A DNA stretch of 63,153 nt, the filler included, from Reticulomyxa filosa (Eukaryota > Protista > Foraminifera), in the NCBI GenBank assembly GCA_000512085.1. It is 14 parts of 14 records of this genome, joined end to end, with 100 filler letters (N's around TTAATTAATTAA, not from the genome) between each part and the next. Parts side by side here need not be neighbours in the genome. Positions count along the whole stretch, not along the records: positions 27,478 to 41,238 come from ASPP01007699.1; positions 41,339 to 43,912 come from ASPP01017120.1; 12 more parts are not named here. The stretch is one strand, 5' to 3'. This document shows, one piece after another, positions 27,378 through 41,441 of this stretch. Positions within the stretch are counted from its first letter, which is position 1; each line of letters starts with the position of its first letter. A program made the translations under genes and the position numbers. The notes beneath the pieces were generated by a model that made no database searches, was not told where the DNA came from, and worked only from the letters and a program-made list of their open reading frames with translations.

Positions 27378-27636
27378 NNNNNNNNNNNNNNNNNNNNNNN
27401 NNNNNNNNNNNNNNNNNNNNNTTAATTAATTAANNNNNNNNNNNNNNNNNNNNNNNNNNNNNNNNNNNNNNNNNNNNTTGTTATTTTTAGTAATTGCCAT
27501 GAATGAAAGTTGCTGTCCAGTCAATATACAATTGATCAAATGTTCATTGTTGAACAGCTGCTGTGATGAGTGTTGTAAGAAAGCTGTGGAACTAGTTTCA
27601 AGTTGGGGAGCGAAAAGTTCAACAAAATAAAATATC

Positions 27637-30600
27637 ATGGCAACGAAAAAACAGCTAGCTCAACAAAATAGCTTTGATGTTGGGTCATTGCTGGACTCAG
27701 TGCTGGTAAGAGCGCCGAATGATCAATTTTATTTCACTCGGATCATGCATGCTCCCTTCATTAAACAAAAGAGGGGGCAAAAAAAAAACAATGAATCAAA
27801 AAAAAAATATGATGGGGTAACAGGATGATGATAACATGCAAGACTTGTTGAATGGAGTGGAAGATGACGAGGAAGAAGCAGACGCAAACAAGAAAAAAAA
27901 AGAAGAAAAGAGCACACCAGCAGTATCCTCATCAACAAAGGCAGATAATGCAGCGGACAAGCCGAGCAAAACACAAGCAGAGAAGAAAAGAGACAGCGAA
28001 ACCGCACTTGATGGAATGTTGGAAGAGTTAGAACAGAAAGGTCCAAAGAAGGGTACAGCCAACAATTTGGAAGGTCCAGCGTTGGAGACGAAATCAGACA
28101 CGCAAAGGATCAATGAGTTGGACCTGAGTGACATTGCATATTTGGAAAATGAAATCAAAACTGAAGCCGAAGCTGTGCCAACTCAAATAGCAGCAACAGA
28201 ACCTATAAAAACAGCATCATTTGAATCAGATAAAAAAAGTAATGCCATAAAAATTGTTGACCGTTCATGGGCTCCTGTTGAGGTCATGACCACTGGACCA
28301 ATGAAGAATGCAGTTTGTTTTTTTTTTTTACGTATTACTTTTTTTTTTTTTTTAATTTTTTTAAAAAATAATCAAATTTTTTTAAAAAAAAAAGAGCGTT
28401 GCCGACACAAAAGAAGGACAAAACACAATCGATGAAGCAGTAATAACGCTTTTGCATCCTGATTTTTTTAACTTGGAGAGAATGGCACGTCGAGAATTAC
28501 TTCGAAAGCACGAGCCAAGGATTCGCAATTGGCCAGTGAACACCATTGACGAGAAGATCATACGTGTGGCGGATTGCATTAGTCATATCGACCGTCTGCC
28601 GATGGTGGACATGGCCGTGTTGGACCAATTCGACGAGCCGGACCTGGCGAAAGAGTTTTATCTCCGGCGCATCGAGCTGGAAGAGGTCCAAGAAATTCCG
28701 AGAAAATATTTCGAACAAGAACAGGTCAGAGAGGATTCCAAGACCAGCAGGGGGACGACCATCGGTGATTATTTTGCCTCTGAAACCAGTGATGCCTTGG
28801 GTGCCATCGGTGGATTCAGCGGAAAGACATTCGACGCTTTGACGTCACTGGTATATCATACCTTTAACAATACATGCCAACATTCAAAACACATTTTACA
28901 ATAGAGAGTAAATAAATGTATATTATGTACGTATATACAAATATATGTTTATATATAATACATATATATATACATAAAAGTCAAAATCAAACTATTTAAA
29001 ATTTTTTTTTTTTTTTGTTTCATATAAACCTCCCCCTTTTTTTTTTTTCCCCCCCTTTTCTGATGATTTACTTGAAAAATAATAGGGCTCCCAAGACAGA
29101 GGGGAAAAAGGACTCGTATGTGCCGGCTGTGGCTTGGAGATAAAATTCAAAAAAAAAAACCGTGAGAAAGACTGCTTTATGGCGTACAAATGCGATAAGA
29201 TAGACAAAACGTTTTTGTTCCACGACTTTTTGTGCGTGAAACTTCGCAAGATGAAGGAGGCCATTCGGTTTTACGTGTTTCGAGCAGAGGTGACGGACAG
29301 CACGATGCTGGATCCTGAGTCGTTGAGAGCGGCGTTTATTGGCATTGACGTGGACGCCAACATGCAAAAGAACCCGCGCGTGAAGCCGCAGTACTTTACG
29401 ACCCCTCGTCGCGGCGACCACAACTACTCCAGCACGGAGAAGGAGGACGAAGAGGAGGAAGACCCGGAAGAAAAGGAGCGATTGGAGCGCGAAAAGGAAA
29501 AGGCAAGAAGACGAAGATCGAAGCATCGATCGACAGTGACATTACGGTCCACCATCACCGAAGACGCGTCAGCGGCAGAACAGAAGGTGACGATTCGCCA
29601 CGAGGCCTTTCGACGATATCGCTCGCATGTGACGATGATATTGGAACGGATAGACGATAAGAGACGTGTGGGTGATGACGAAACGTACAGCGACCGGTTT
29701 GAGGACCTGCCCAAGGTGGTGTTGTATTGCGACTTGAACGAGTTTGGGGTGTCGCTGTGGGAGTTTGTCAGCGATGCATTGAAGTCAAAATTTCGTGAGC
29801 CGTTGTGGCGAGTGTTGGAATTCTTGGCATTGGAAATGGGCACTAACAAGGTGCTCGACTTGCTGAAACGACACACACATTTGATGGCCAAACATACATT
29901 GGAACAGTTTGATCGCGTCGCCAAAGCCACGATCGAAGGCAGCAAGTACCCTATTGCCTCTTCGTTGCGACTGGCCGCATTTATGAATCAACGTGCTCTG
30001 GACGACTTGTCCAATCAAGAGGCGTTCATCGACATTGGACAGTCGTATGAAAATGTGGCGAAAAAGTTGCTGAAGGAAATTGAAAGTGATCACTTGTTTG
30101 CACTTTTAATCTTAATCCCCACCGATATTGATTTGCAGTCAGTAATGGAGTTGGCCTTACAATATGAGTTGATCAACTTTTTAGAGGAACCTCGCATCGT
30201 GCGTGTCAGCAATGCCATTTGGAGTGGAGGCTTGGACTTCCTTCGGCCAGAGGTGTCTTTCCAGGAATCGGAAATGGACTTGAAGACACTCTACTACAAA
30301 CTGTGGAACTTTTCCGGAAATTTCTATTTTTCCCCCGTTGGCAAGTTTGCAACGTCGTCCACACTGTACTTGCTGTATTTGGCATTGTTCTCCTTTGTGA
30401 CCTGGATGTTGACGTATGATTACACTCCGGAAAAAACCGGTCCCGAATTGGTGCTGTGGGTGGCCTCAGCAGGGTATGTGGTAAATGAGATACTCGAGTT
30501 TTGGGTGTCCCCTTCGGAGTACTTTTCATCGGTGTCGAATTATTGGGATGTGTTTATTGCATTCAATTGGATGATCTTGTTTTATTTGCGATTTATCAAT

Positions 30601-32355
30601 CATCACACATTAATACGTGACAGCAATGGCAATTTGGATGAAACCCAGTGCCGAAATCAAGGCACTACCAAAGCATATATGCTATTTTGGGCAATCCAGT
30701 CCGTCTTATTCTGGTCTCGTGTCGTCAAAATTCTTCAAATCTCACGAGGCGCAGGTCCTTTGATTCGGATGGTGATGAACATGTTGAATGATGTGGCCAA
30801 CTTTGGATTGATTTCCATCTTGTTTTTGGTGGGTATTGCATTTGCAGTGTATTACATCATTGGCAAAGATTTGCAATCGGATGAAAGCATTCGATTGGGC
30901 ACCTTATCGAGTGTGACTTTGTACGTGTTTCAAACGATTTTGGGACAACAAGATTGGGGCTCTGTCAATAGTTTGAAGGATAAAACGACGAGGGAGTATG
31001 TGTTTGATCCCAACCGATCGAACTTGGTATTGTTCATCATCTTCTTCTTTAGCGTGTTTGGGACGATTTTGTTGATCAACTTGTTGATTGCCATGATGGC
31101 CAATACCTTTGAGTCCGTCAAGGAGAAATCCAATTCCCAATTGAATAAGCAGCGTATCGAAACCACCATTGAATTGGACCATTCCAGGGCTGTCGCACCT
31201 CCTCCCTTGAACGTGTTTGCAGGACTGTTCTTTGCCTGTTGGATAGCTCTTGAGTTTGTCGTGTGGCTGTTGACATTTGGATATCGACAGTTTAATGAAG
31301 ACTCAGTGTCGCCTTTGAACAAAGAGCCATACCAATATAATGAATCGGACGAGGTTGTGTTTATGAAGGGAAAAGAAAAGATCAAGGGCAAAGTCACCGT
31401 ACGAAGAAAATGCTTCGATCGAATCAAAGGGAAAAAAAAACTCAAAAATGATGGACAACAATATGCCACAAAAACCAATAATATTGAGGCAGACATTACC
31501 GAGGAATGGGATTGCATAGTTGTGTCTAGCTCCAAGACAGTGTATCATGTGTTTGATAATGAAATCATTAAGGTAAATAAGCCACTCTTTAAACGTCGAT
31601 CAACGAAAATCCCCTCGTTGCTTGAAGAAAATCAATTTTGTCGATATTGTCGTTACAATTTGACGGAAGATCGAATGCACATTGAATACTATTTGCAACT
31701 GTTTGATGAGAGAGGTATGCACGTGGATCCCGTGGACAAACAGTACATGCGGGATTTGTTGGCGTCCACTGATCGATTTGGATTACCCACTCCTCATTTG
31801 TGTGAAATGTGTCCCAATTGTTATCGCCCTTTCAAAGTCGAAAATAATGAACCAGACACAATCAATAGGTTATTGTACATATTTGAAGTCGTGTCCTATA
31901 TTGCTTTCAAACTTGTCGTCTGGCCCACTTTGTTAATTTTGCTATTCCTTCCTGCTAACATTGCAAGATTAGTCGATTTCATTAGCAGCAAATTTGTGGC
32001 AGAAGTATCGGAAGAAAAAAAACAACAAATGTCTTCTATGTTCAGAACCGAAGGAAACAATGAGTACAGAGGTAAAGTAAGGGAGGCATCCAAGGAAGAC
32101 GAGGAAGTGACCGAAGTTGTCAGAAGAATTGATGGAAATGTTCAAAAATTGGAAACAGCTTTATTGGGACAAAAAAATAAACCAGGTGAAGCTAAGGAAG
32201 ATCCATCGATGGAAATTTCTTTAGAAAGAGACGAATTTGATGTGAGAATTGATAAAATGCGAGCCGAAATGAACCGAAAATTTGAGGAAATCGCTGATGT
32301 CCTCGCTGTTATTTTGAGAAAACAACGACAACTGGCAGAGAAGGCTCAATCATGA
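27637..32355 (+). CDS. TRP-like cation channel, 4 exons
   Basis: Exons at about 27637..27705, 27824..28312, 28394..28850 and 29085..32355, with phase-0 GT-AG joins. Six TM segments; S4-S5 GAGPLIRMVMNMLNDV, pore YVFQTILGQQDW, S6 LLINLLIAMMANTFESV, then PPPLNVF and a C-terminal coiled coil. Confidence 0.87.
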
Positions 32356-35329
32356 AAGAGAATTGCAAATGTTTTTGTGTGAATATGTTTTTTTGTTAAC
32401 TGCTTTCCACTCTTGTTTCTGGGCGTGTTCTGCAAACAAATATTAATAAAGAAAAAAATTAAGAAAACTGTGGAGCTCCACATTCACTTTCTCTATTAAA
32501 GTAAAAATACATGCGAAAACAATTGAACCCGTAATTTATCTGTACTTTTTTACTAATCACTAACAAAAAACAAGAAAAAGATACAAAAAAAACAAATTTG
32601 CAAAAAAATAAAAATTCAAAAAATCAATAAGCAAAATACTAAGTTCTAGAAATGATAAAAATGTTTGTAATTGACAAAAAATTGTAGAAAAATGAAATGT
32701 ATTTTGAAACACTTGAAAGGTTCGTAAATATTTTTAAAAAATATTGATTTTTGAGTTAGAAAATCGATCATTTTCATAGTGTTCCATTTTAGTGTGTCGG
32801 GACTTTTGCACTAGAGATTTGATGTTTATCGCAAGTTAAACTGCGAACAATGTTTTGATACTGAATTTTTACAAAAAAATATTCAATTAAATCAGCAATC
32901 TTTCATTATATCAATTATAAATTAAAAGGCTACAGGTAGTTTGAATAATGTTATACTTACACTGTAGATATAAAAAAGGCGACTAAAGTTGACTCTTTTT
33001 GATCGAATTGTGATGTTTTTTGTGTTATTTTCCTTCTTTTTATACTTTTCAGTAAGGGTAGATTTTTCTTCAAGTCAGCATCTCGATATATGTTGATTTG
33101 AAGCAAGTAGAGTTCTAATTTTGTCTGCTTTGAAGTTGGAGTCTGAGTATCTGGAGCATCTGCTCCTCCTTTCTCGGCAGTGGCCATACTTTACTTGCAT
33201 TTGTTCAATCAGCACTCTCCACATGCTATATCCTAATTGACACTTACACTTTTCAGCAAAATAAATTCAATCGCGGGACAGTATACTTGTTTTTGTGATG
33301 TTATTTTCATTCAATAGAACATGCAAAGTAAGTTTATATGTGTCTTTTTCCGTATTGAATGCTGTATACTGATTTTGAAACGCCATTCTTAGAAAAATTC
33401 CTTCTACCAAAGTATAAGAGTTATTTATCACTTTTATTCATTATTTCAGAACTTCTTTTTTAAAAAACCACTAACTTTTTCACAATAGCGTCACCTTTTA
33501 TATTTTGTGTTACATTTTTGTTATAGAATTTTTCTGTTAACGATAAAACTGCGATATTAACACTTTAACTGTTTTTGCGTTTCGAAACGGTCAAAGAAGA
33601 GGCATTTGCCCTAACCGTGTCATATTTTTTAATTCCTTTAATAATAATTTTTGTATCACATGCTTTGCCACTTTATTTAACAAAAGCATCCACTTTCATG
33701 GAAAAAATAAAACAAAATTTGGATTGCTTGCAAGACGCTTTGTAAAATTTATTATCAGTCAATTTACCTTAAAAAGGTGTTGATGTTTAAATAATATTAA
33801 AATTAATATTTGCAAAAATCAAATAACAATAAATTGGATTTTATATATGTGATGACAAAATTACTCAAATATTAAAATAATAAAATTTCTATTTGAAAGA
33901 ATAATGTATTGTAGATATTTTCAAAAGAGTGTGAATGAAATAATGATTTCCCACATTTTATTACAAAATACTTTTGTCATAAATGCCAATAACTCTTTTT
34001 AGTTACTTAAAGTTATGTAAGAAATGTTGAAAATAAATTAAATATTTGCAATTATTATATCATAAAAAATTTTAATAAAAAAGTAAGTAAATACTTTCAA
34101 TACTGACAATTTCTTTTATAATGTGATTAAATTAAAATTTTTTTAAGTTCAAAAAATTCATTTTTTGATAAATTTCACATCATTTTTTTAATTAGTTACG
34201 ATTCAAGAAAAAAAAACTCAAGATTTATTTAAATGAACTAGTCTCTAGATGTCATTGTGTAAATTGATGCCCATATTGATGACTGATATTAGTCTAAAGT
34301 TTAAGTACAGTTTATTTGCTTTGTGCAGTCTATTTTGATATGTATAACAAGTCTGGAATTATATGTGTTAAAGCGTTATCGATATTTTTTTGTTTAATTT
34401 TATTGATTGCTACACTAACAAGTTAGGTATATATATTTTTTTCATTTAGATATTTTTTTTGTTTTTTTAGGAAGGACCGTTTTAGTCCGTGAACATCGTA
34501 ATGTAAATTCTTCAAACTTCAAACTATTCCATCAATCACAACAATCCCAACAATCTCAACTATTCTAACAATTATAAATCTAACAACACCACAAATAACA
34601 ACTTTTAGAAATACACAATTTTTCGAGATTTATGAACTGAATATAAAAAAAAGCGAAATCAACAACAAGATTAAATAAGAACTTATGTTTTTTAATTTAT
34701 TTGCAATAGTTGTTTGATTTTGTTTGTTCTTGATTACTTTCAACATAAGTAATTTTATCTTTGTTTTTTTTCCAGTTCAATATTGTTTGACGAATATTTT
34801 GGACTTCAACTTCATTTTTTTTTATGTCTCCAAGAAAACGAAAGACATCAAATTTGTTAAAATTTTTTAAAAGGGAAAGAAAGTTAAAAACAAATTGACA
34901 ATTAAGAGTTGCGTTCTCACTTTGTAAGTTTATCACCAATCATATACTTCAAAACGCACTCTTGACAGATCCAAAATTTTTGTTGCTTATTATCTGTAGT
35001 TTGATTTCCATATTGTTGTTTTTGTTTTTGTAGTTGTTTTGCTCGCTTTCTCTCACAAGCTTGAAAACACAAAGTACTAAAAAAATGCGAACAAAAAGAA
35101 ACATGTAGTATTAAAAGAACAATTGTTATTTTTGAAATAAAAAAGCATATCAAAAACAAATTTAGCTTTCTGAAAAGGTTAAAAAATTGATAGGTGCGCT
35201 TTTTCTCGCATTATGAGTTGTCAATTTTTTTTTTTGCTTATTACATTAGCACTGAACACTAAAAAGTTTGTTTAAAACAAACACCCAGTTGACACAAAAT
35301 GATCAAAATTTTTTGTCTAAGTTTTTGTG

Positions 35330-36900
35330 TCGAATATGCTCTACTTTTGTGTTTTTTGTGGTCCTTATTCAAATGGTGATTATGTCTTTCGTTGCCTTGA
35401 ACTCTGGCAAAAATTTAGTACGTCATAATATTCTTCGTGTCTCCTTTGACACCGATGTATCAACATCGCAAAAACTATTTCACTACAAATTTCTCATTAA
35501 AAATGCACAGCCCTAACTCTTGTCATTAAGCCGAACAAACATTTACCTTTATTCAAAAGAGTTCTCGGCATTATAAACTGATCAGGATCTATGTCTCGGA
35601 ATTTCAAAAAAATTTGCCAATTTATTTAACTTTTCGAATTATGTGATATATGTTAATCCTTTAGATTATCCAGAATGTGTTGATGCACTGATGAAAAACT
35701 ATGAGCGTGTTGATAAAATTGCAAATAGATCTGTTATCCTGGCTTGCTTCGATACATTATAGGCTTACCAATCGCACCCATTTGAAAACTTGCAATATGC
35801 CTCCGTCTTTGTGGACAAAAGAGTCGCTGTCCGCAATACTGGACGATGCGCGTTTTCATAATTTGTATTCTCACACCGGATTTAAATGATTATTTAACCC
35901 ATTGAATTCAGTACGACAAAATGACACCAAAGGCAAAGAACCCAAAATAGCTTATTTGCAAATTGGTCTAATATACTTGCTTTATTTATTAATTTTTTTT
36001 TGAAAAATTAACTATTTTTACATTTTTATCTTAAAACAATAGGAAAATGTGCAACAAGTTCGACAAATAGAATACTAAGAGATCAAAACGAAATGCAAGA
36101 AAAAAAGTGGTTTGCAAAGCCTGTGCACGTACACAGAGGCTCATTTGTAGATCACGTCAGCTACAGAGCGGATTGTTCATTTACGTTTGTGAGAGATCCA
36201 TTGTTTCGTTTGGTGAGTGCTTATTATACTATCACTTCCTTCCTCTGGAAAAATAAAATCCAATTTGATGCAGGAAATATTCCAAAATCTGGTTTGCTTG
36301 TTTCACTTTTGAGAAGAAGGTATAAAAATTGAAAGTGAAACAAAAACCAAATATAATCTTATAACTTTTTTTTGCAAATTTATAATGGGATACATATAGA
36401 AAATTATGTGCAAATTATGAAAATGTCCAAGTTTTGGAATACAACCGGAGAACCTCAAAGATTCCGAACATTTGTTTACGAGATTATCAGTTTCTTGAAT
36501 CGATTTGCTGGTCTGCATTCACTGGAACACGTAATGAATCTTAATGCAAGCTTAGCTCCTTTTTATGGAAGTGATATACATTTTATAGGACGTGTGGAAC
36601 ATTATTTAGAACATTGGAAGCTATTGTCGGAGTATGATCATGTAAGATTGCTGTTCAATACGTGATGACACATTTCGCCGTGACATGCACCTAGAGGGAG
36701 TGTATTCACCTGTTCCGCACAAATGGCAATTAGATCCAACTTATGTAAAATTGCTATCTTTAGACAAATGGAATCATTTAAAGAATGACAAGCTTGAGTT
36801 GTCTGCATACAACCATTGATCAACAAATGCTAAATGGCATTGTGGAACATTATTGGCAAGATTATGTGTTTCAACTATGAAGTTAATTATCCATTAAATT
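35330..36900 (+). pseudogene. Golgi-type sulfotransferase (Sulfotransfer_2-like), disrupted
   Basis: Spliced 5'-PSB IAYLQIGKCATSS, 3'-PB FTFVRDPLFRLVSAYY, IHFIGRVEHY and HYWQDY. In-frame TGA at 35887 and frameshifts near both ends. Confidence 0.65.
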
Positions 36901-37219
36901 TGTACTACACAGGAAACTTTTTAAAATACTGATATCTTGTTATCATTGGACACTGTATTGTAACACTGTACAAATCGAACTTTTAATATAAGTTTATTTA
37001 AGTTAGAAATCATGAAGAAATAATTTTTTGTTTTATCAGCTCAGATTGCAACAAAAAATATGTAAGGCTCATAAAAAAATATACTGAAAAATAACAGTTT
37101 ATGAACATAAAAAGATTCCAATTTTTTAAAAATTACTCAAATTTAATATTTGTTTCGTACAACTTTTTAGTATATGATTGTTGCAATAAAAACTGAAAAT
37201 GTAGTGGTATTCAGTGTAC

Positions 37220-40200
37220 TCAAAATACAGCAATTGAAAAAAAAGACAAATCACCCAAAATCGAGAAAAAAAAATTAGTGTTTTCTTTTTTTACATTCTT
37301 TACCACATAATCGACTGACAAAAGATCAGATAGCTCAAATCCATCTTCAATGGCTTTTTTCAAACCTTCTGTTACTTCATTGAAACTAAAGAAGTTTATT
37401 GTGGGTGTGTTTTTTGTTGTTGTCGAATTAGAGAAAAAACAATACAATGTGAATTGTAAGTACCTCATTTCCGGCTGCGATTCAATTTTATTAATGAGTG
37501 GCTTCATTCTCAAATTGATATCTTCGAATAACGCCAAGAGCAAAGTCGATCTCACAGTTCCTGTTCCCTCAGGATCTAATCCTCGGAATATGGCATTTGC
37601 TAAATGCATGGTTGGATTTTTTACCAAGTCCAATTGCTGGTAGTAATCGTAAAAATCGTCCCATGACCATTGAATTTTTTTTATTGTTCTCATAATTTCC
37701 TATTTTGATTGTTTCATTATTCACCCAAATCAAAGCTGACAGACACATGAGACATATCAAATCCAAAAGAAGACAACTCCTTGTGCATAAATGTTTTTTG
37801 TTTTTTAAAAATTTTTGGATAACTCCAATTGTTTCACGCGCTTTGAAGGAACAATAACCCAATCGATCTTGAATAAAGTAGATCAGAGTATCTTGCTAGC
37901 CAATCACAAAAATAAAAATGTGGCTCAGAAAAAAAAAATAAATCAAAACAAATAAAAAATAAAAAACTCGTAGTGTTCTTCTTTGGCCGGTCGCATCTAA
38001 TCGTACAAAATATTTGCGATCTCGTTCTTCACGAGTGATGGGATCATATCCTTTACTAATTATTTAAAAGCCAAACAAGACACACGGTCAAATACGCCAT
38101 TAACAAACAAAGCAAGCGTATTAATATAGCAATGGAGAAGAGAACAGAAAAGCAAGGAAAAGTGATAACAACAAATAATGATAATAATAAAGTGGTTGAA
38201 CTGAGTAATTGCAGATATCCAATTTCTTGCGGCCTCAATTCGATCTAAATTTTGAATTTTGGAATACACGTTGCCAGGTAACAATTCGATAGAAGCGACC
38301 TTAATGTAAGAAGGCGGGTAGGAGGGGGGAGGGAGGGAGAATCATATTATACCACAATGAACACATGCATACGCATACAAAACAGACCTTAAACCAAGAA
38401 TCACGGAGTGCATCTTGAATGTCCGGCCTTTTGAAATAAGTGGGTTCCAATAGTTTTGAAAGGAACTGTTTTAATTCTGTGGAGCACTTGATATCTGTAA
38501 TGGGTATGACAGGATTTTGTGTTAAGAGTTGGGTGATAAAGTTTTGCAAAGTGGAGGCAATGTACGGCAGCGTGCCTGTCACCAACGCATAGAGCAATAC
38601 CCCAACTCGCCATGTGTCCGCCTTGCGCAGAGTTTTGCCATTCAATTCTATGGACATTTTCGTGGCCTCGTTGTCCATGAGCAGTGCCAGTTCCGGAGGA
38701 GTGGAGCTCATCATCGATGCTATCAAACAAACAAGTGAATTATATATACATATACGTATATTAAATAGGAGATACAGGACAGAAAAAAAAAAAACAAAAC
38801 TAATTTGTGCGACTTGTTCATTCGGTTCAATAATGACAGATCTGGAAAAATCCATCAAAATAGGTCGTAATTGCATATCGAAAGCCAAATGATCTATGAA
38901 TGTCCGATTGTTATATTCATTTTATGCAGAAAAAGAAGAGATATGATTTTATTTGTTTTAAAAAAAAATTAACCGATGTTGAGGTTCAAATTAACACAGT
39001 TGTGTTTGTGACAAAATAAGATGGTTTCCATCAAGGATTTAATCACTTGAGCGACAAAGTTTTCGCTGTAGCGGATGTTTCGATTTCTTGCTTCCAACAG
39101 CATATCCGGAAACGATCGTATGATCGGACTTTCTGTGACACATGAGTAAGCAAACTTGTCGGTGCCATGGTTCAGCTTTTTGATGACCGTATTGTACTGC
39201 AATTTGTTTAAGATATGGCACATCGAATGAAAGGAGCGTTGGATCGACTCGGCATCTTCTCCATGAACAGAGCTCGTGCGCGGGATCACAATCATATCCA
39301 TCTGTTCCATTCTTGTGCGTCTATCCACCACGGTGACCAACAGTACATTATTCCATCGCTTGCGACAGCGCTTGATGATGAAGTTGCTCCACAATGGTTG
39401 GCGACGATAAAGCAATCGTCCCAACTATAAACAAACAGTGTATATCGTTACAGTTACATTCCTTATACAAATCAATCAACTAATCGAAAACAAACAACTA
39501 ACAGAAATGACTAAGGGCACAGCTCCAACAACCGTGTCTGATGCCTCTGACAAGTCGTACACAATTTCTCCGAAAAACTTGCCGATATCTCTCGCCGAAA
39601 TCAAATGGGCATGTTCACCTGCCACTGCCCAAAACAGCTCATCTCTTTCCAAATCGGTCAACTTAACGTCCAGCAAGGCGTTGACTCTGGCTCCAAAGTC
39701 GTTCACCGTGAGCAATTTCTCGCTGACGGACAACCTCCTTCCACTTCCATTTTTGTCTGTGGGCACGGATATCAATGTCAAGTCATTGTTGACTTTTGTT
39801 TTGTCGAACAGCATTGTTATCACAAGCTGTTTATTATATTGTTATTGTTTTTTTTTTTATCGAACACAAACATGTAGGTATATATGTATATGTATACGTA
39901 TATTACGTAAAACATATTGTATATAATAAATACTAACCTCCAACTTTTGTTGCAAATTAATCTTCCTTGCAATGTCTTCAGTGACTGCAATTCGATCTGA
40001 ATTTCCATTTCCGTCTTCAATTTGCAAGACAACGAGCCCAGGTGTGAGATGCACAAAGTCAGCAAATCGACTATTTTTCCCTTTGACGTAGTTGGAGCGA
40101 TCAAAGACGGGAAATTTGTGATGGACAAATTGGGCCAGATCATATATGTTCAGTCCCTCCACGCCGGCTTTGTCGACGCGAATGCGCATATACACTTGCA

Positions 40201-41115
40201 CGTCTTTCATCAATCTTCGCAAATCTCTGTCTTCCACCTCAATGAGTTTTTGCTTGATTTTCGGAATGTATTCGTGTTGTTGATCCGTGGGCTCCACTGT
40301 CAAATACGAACCATACAATCCCAAATTCTATGTATGTGTATATGTATATGCATATACGTACAAATCAGTTTGAAGAAGGGAGAGGGGGGGGGAAAAAAAC
40401 AAAACTTGCAATTTGGCTGCCAAGGTTAATTGATCGGATTGTTTGGATGGAGCATCATGTTTGTTTTGGAACGAAGGCAGCTCAGCAACTACATCATCAT
40501 CTTCTTCCTTATCGCTAAAGTCGGCGATGATTATGTCATGACCCACCATGGATTGATCCTTGTACTCATCTCTTTTCCTCTCCTCGTCTTCCTGATCGAC
40601 ACCATTGTTTCTTGTGGATGCCGTGGCCGTTGCGTTGAACATCGCATGCGACGACTCGACATCGACCTTCTGCAGTTCGAGTTCATGATGTGAGAGGGGA
40701 TAATCAGAAGGAGAGACAAGCGAGGCGAATCCGGGACGGGACTTGGACGTAGTGGACCCTTGTTTATTGTCATTGTCGTTGTCATTGCTATGTTGACTCT
40801 CTTGCGTATCAGCGGAGGACGCCAATGCTGCCATCTCTTGTTTCAACGTTTCATCAATCGCGTCGAAAATCTGCTTTTGGAATGTCATTTCTTCCAATGT
40901 CGTCACCGACTTGGTCAGCCAAACGAAAAACTGGTCGGCTGTCACCGCTTCGCGATTTTCCGTATCAATCCATCGAAACACCTTTTCCTGCTCTTCCACC
41001 TCAAATCTCAGTCCAAAGTCTCGAAATAGCGCTTCCAATAGCATGCTGTCTAAATGTCGAGTTCCTTCCAAGTCGACCTCTTCCCACGTTATCATTATTC
41101 GATTCATATGATCTC
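37220..41115 (-). CDS. EF-hand + LOTUS/OST-HTH-like + pseudokinase + degenerate calmodulin-like domain protein (CDPK-like), about 11 exons, probably 5' partial
   Basis: Checked in-frame GT-AG joins link ORFs 40328..41167, 39857..40324, 39476..39823, 38969..39424 and 38301..38888; the final exons run into 37220..37693. Kinase C-lobe KADTWRVGVLLYALVTGTLPY and FLSKLLEPTYFKRPDIQDALRDSWF; EF-like loops IDTENREAVTADQF, LDATGQRTL and LDPEGTGTVRS. Confidence 0.7.
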
Positions 41116-41193
41116 TCTTTTTTTTTTTTTTTTTATTAAAAAAAAAAAATAATAATAATAATAACAATAAAAATAAAAAAGAAAAATTTTATT

Positions 41194-41225
<32 letters not shown>

Positions 41226-41441
41226 TAAAATAGCCGATNNNNNNNNNNNNNNNNNNNNNNNNNNNNNNNNNNNNNNNNNNNNTTAATTAATTAANNNNNN
41301 NNNNNNNNNNNNNNNNNNNNNNNNNNNNNNNNNNNNNNACACGACATCATCTAGGTCGGATGACTCGGAAAACAAAAGTAGTCTCAAAATTAGAAGAAAT
41401 GGTAAATGTAACTATAAAAATGTGGTGTGCTTTAACACAAG

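Noticed and set aside
2918-32355. REJ protein and TRP channel as a linked polycystin-1/2-like pair
   Set aside because: They are on different contigs, and the channel lacks the large S1-S2 extracellular domain of polycystin-2.
35887-35889. In-frame TGA as evidence of stop-codon reassignment or selenocysteine
   Set aside because: Intact genes here use TGG for Trp and TGA as a true stop (e.g. 23413, 32355, 51514), and this gene has other lesions.
16306-36900. Apparent sulfation cluster (two sulfotransferases plus an arylsulfatase)
   Set aside because: The three genes lie on three different contigs, so their proximity is an artefact of concatenation.
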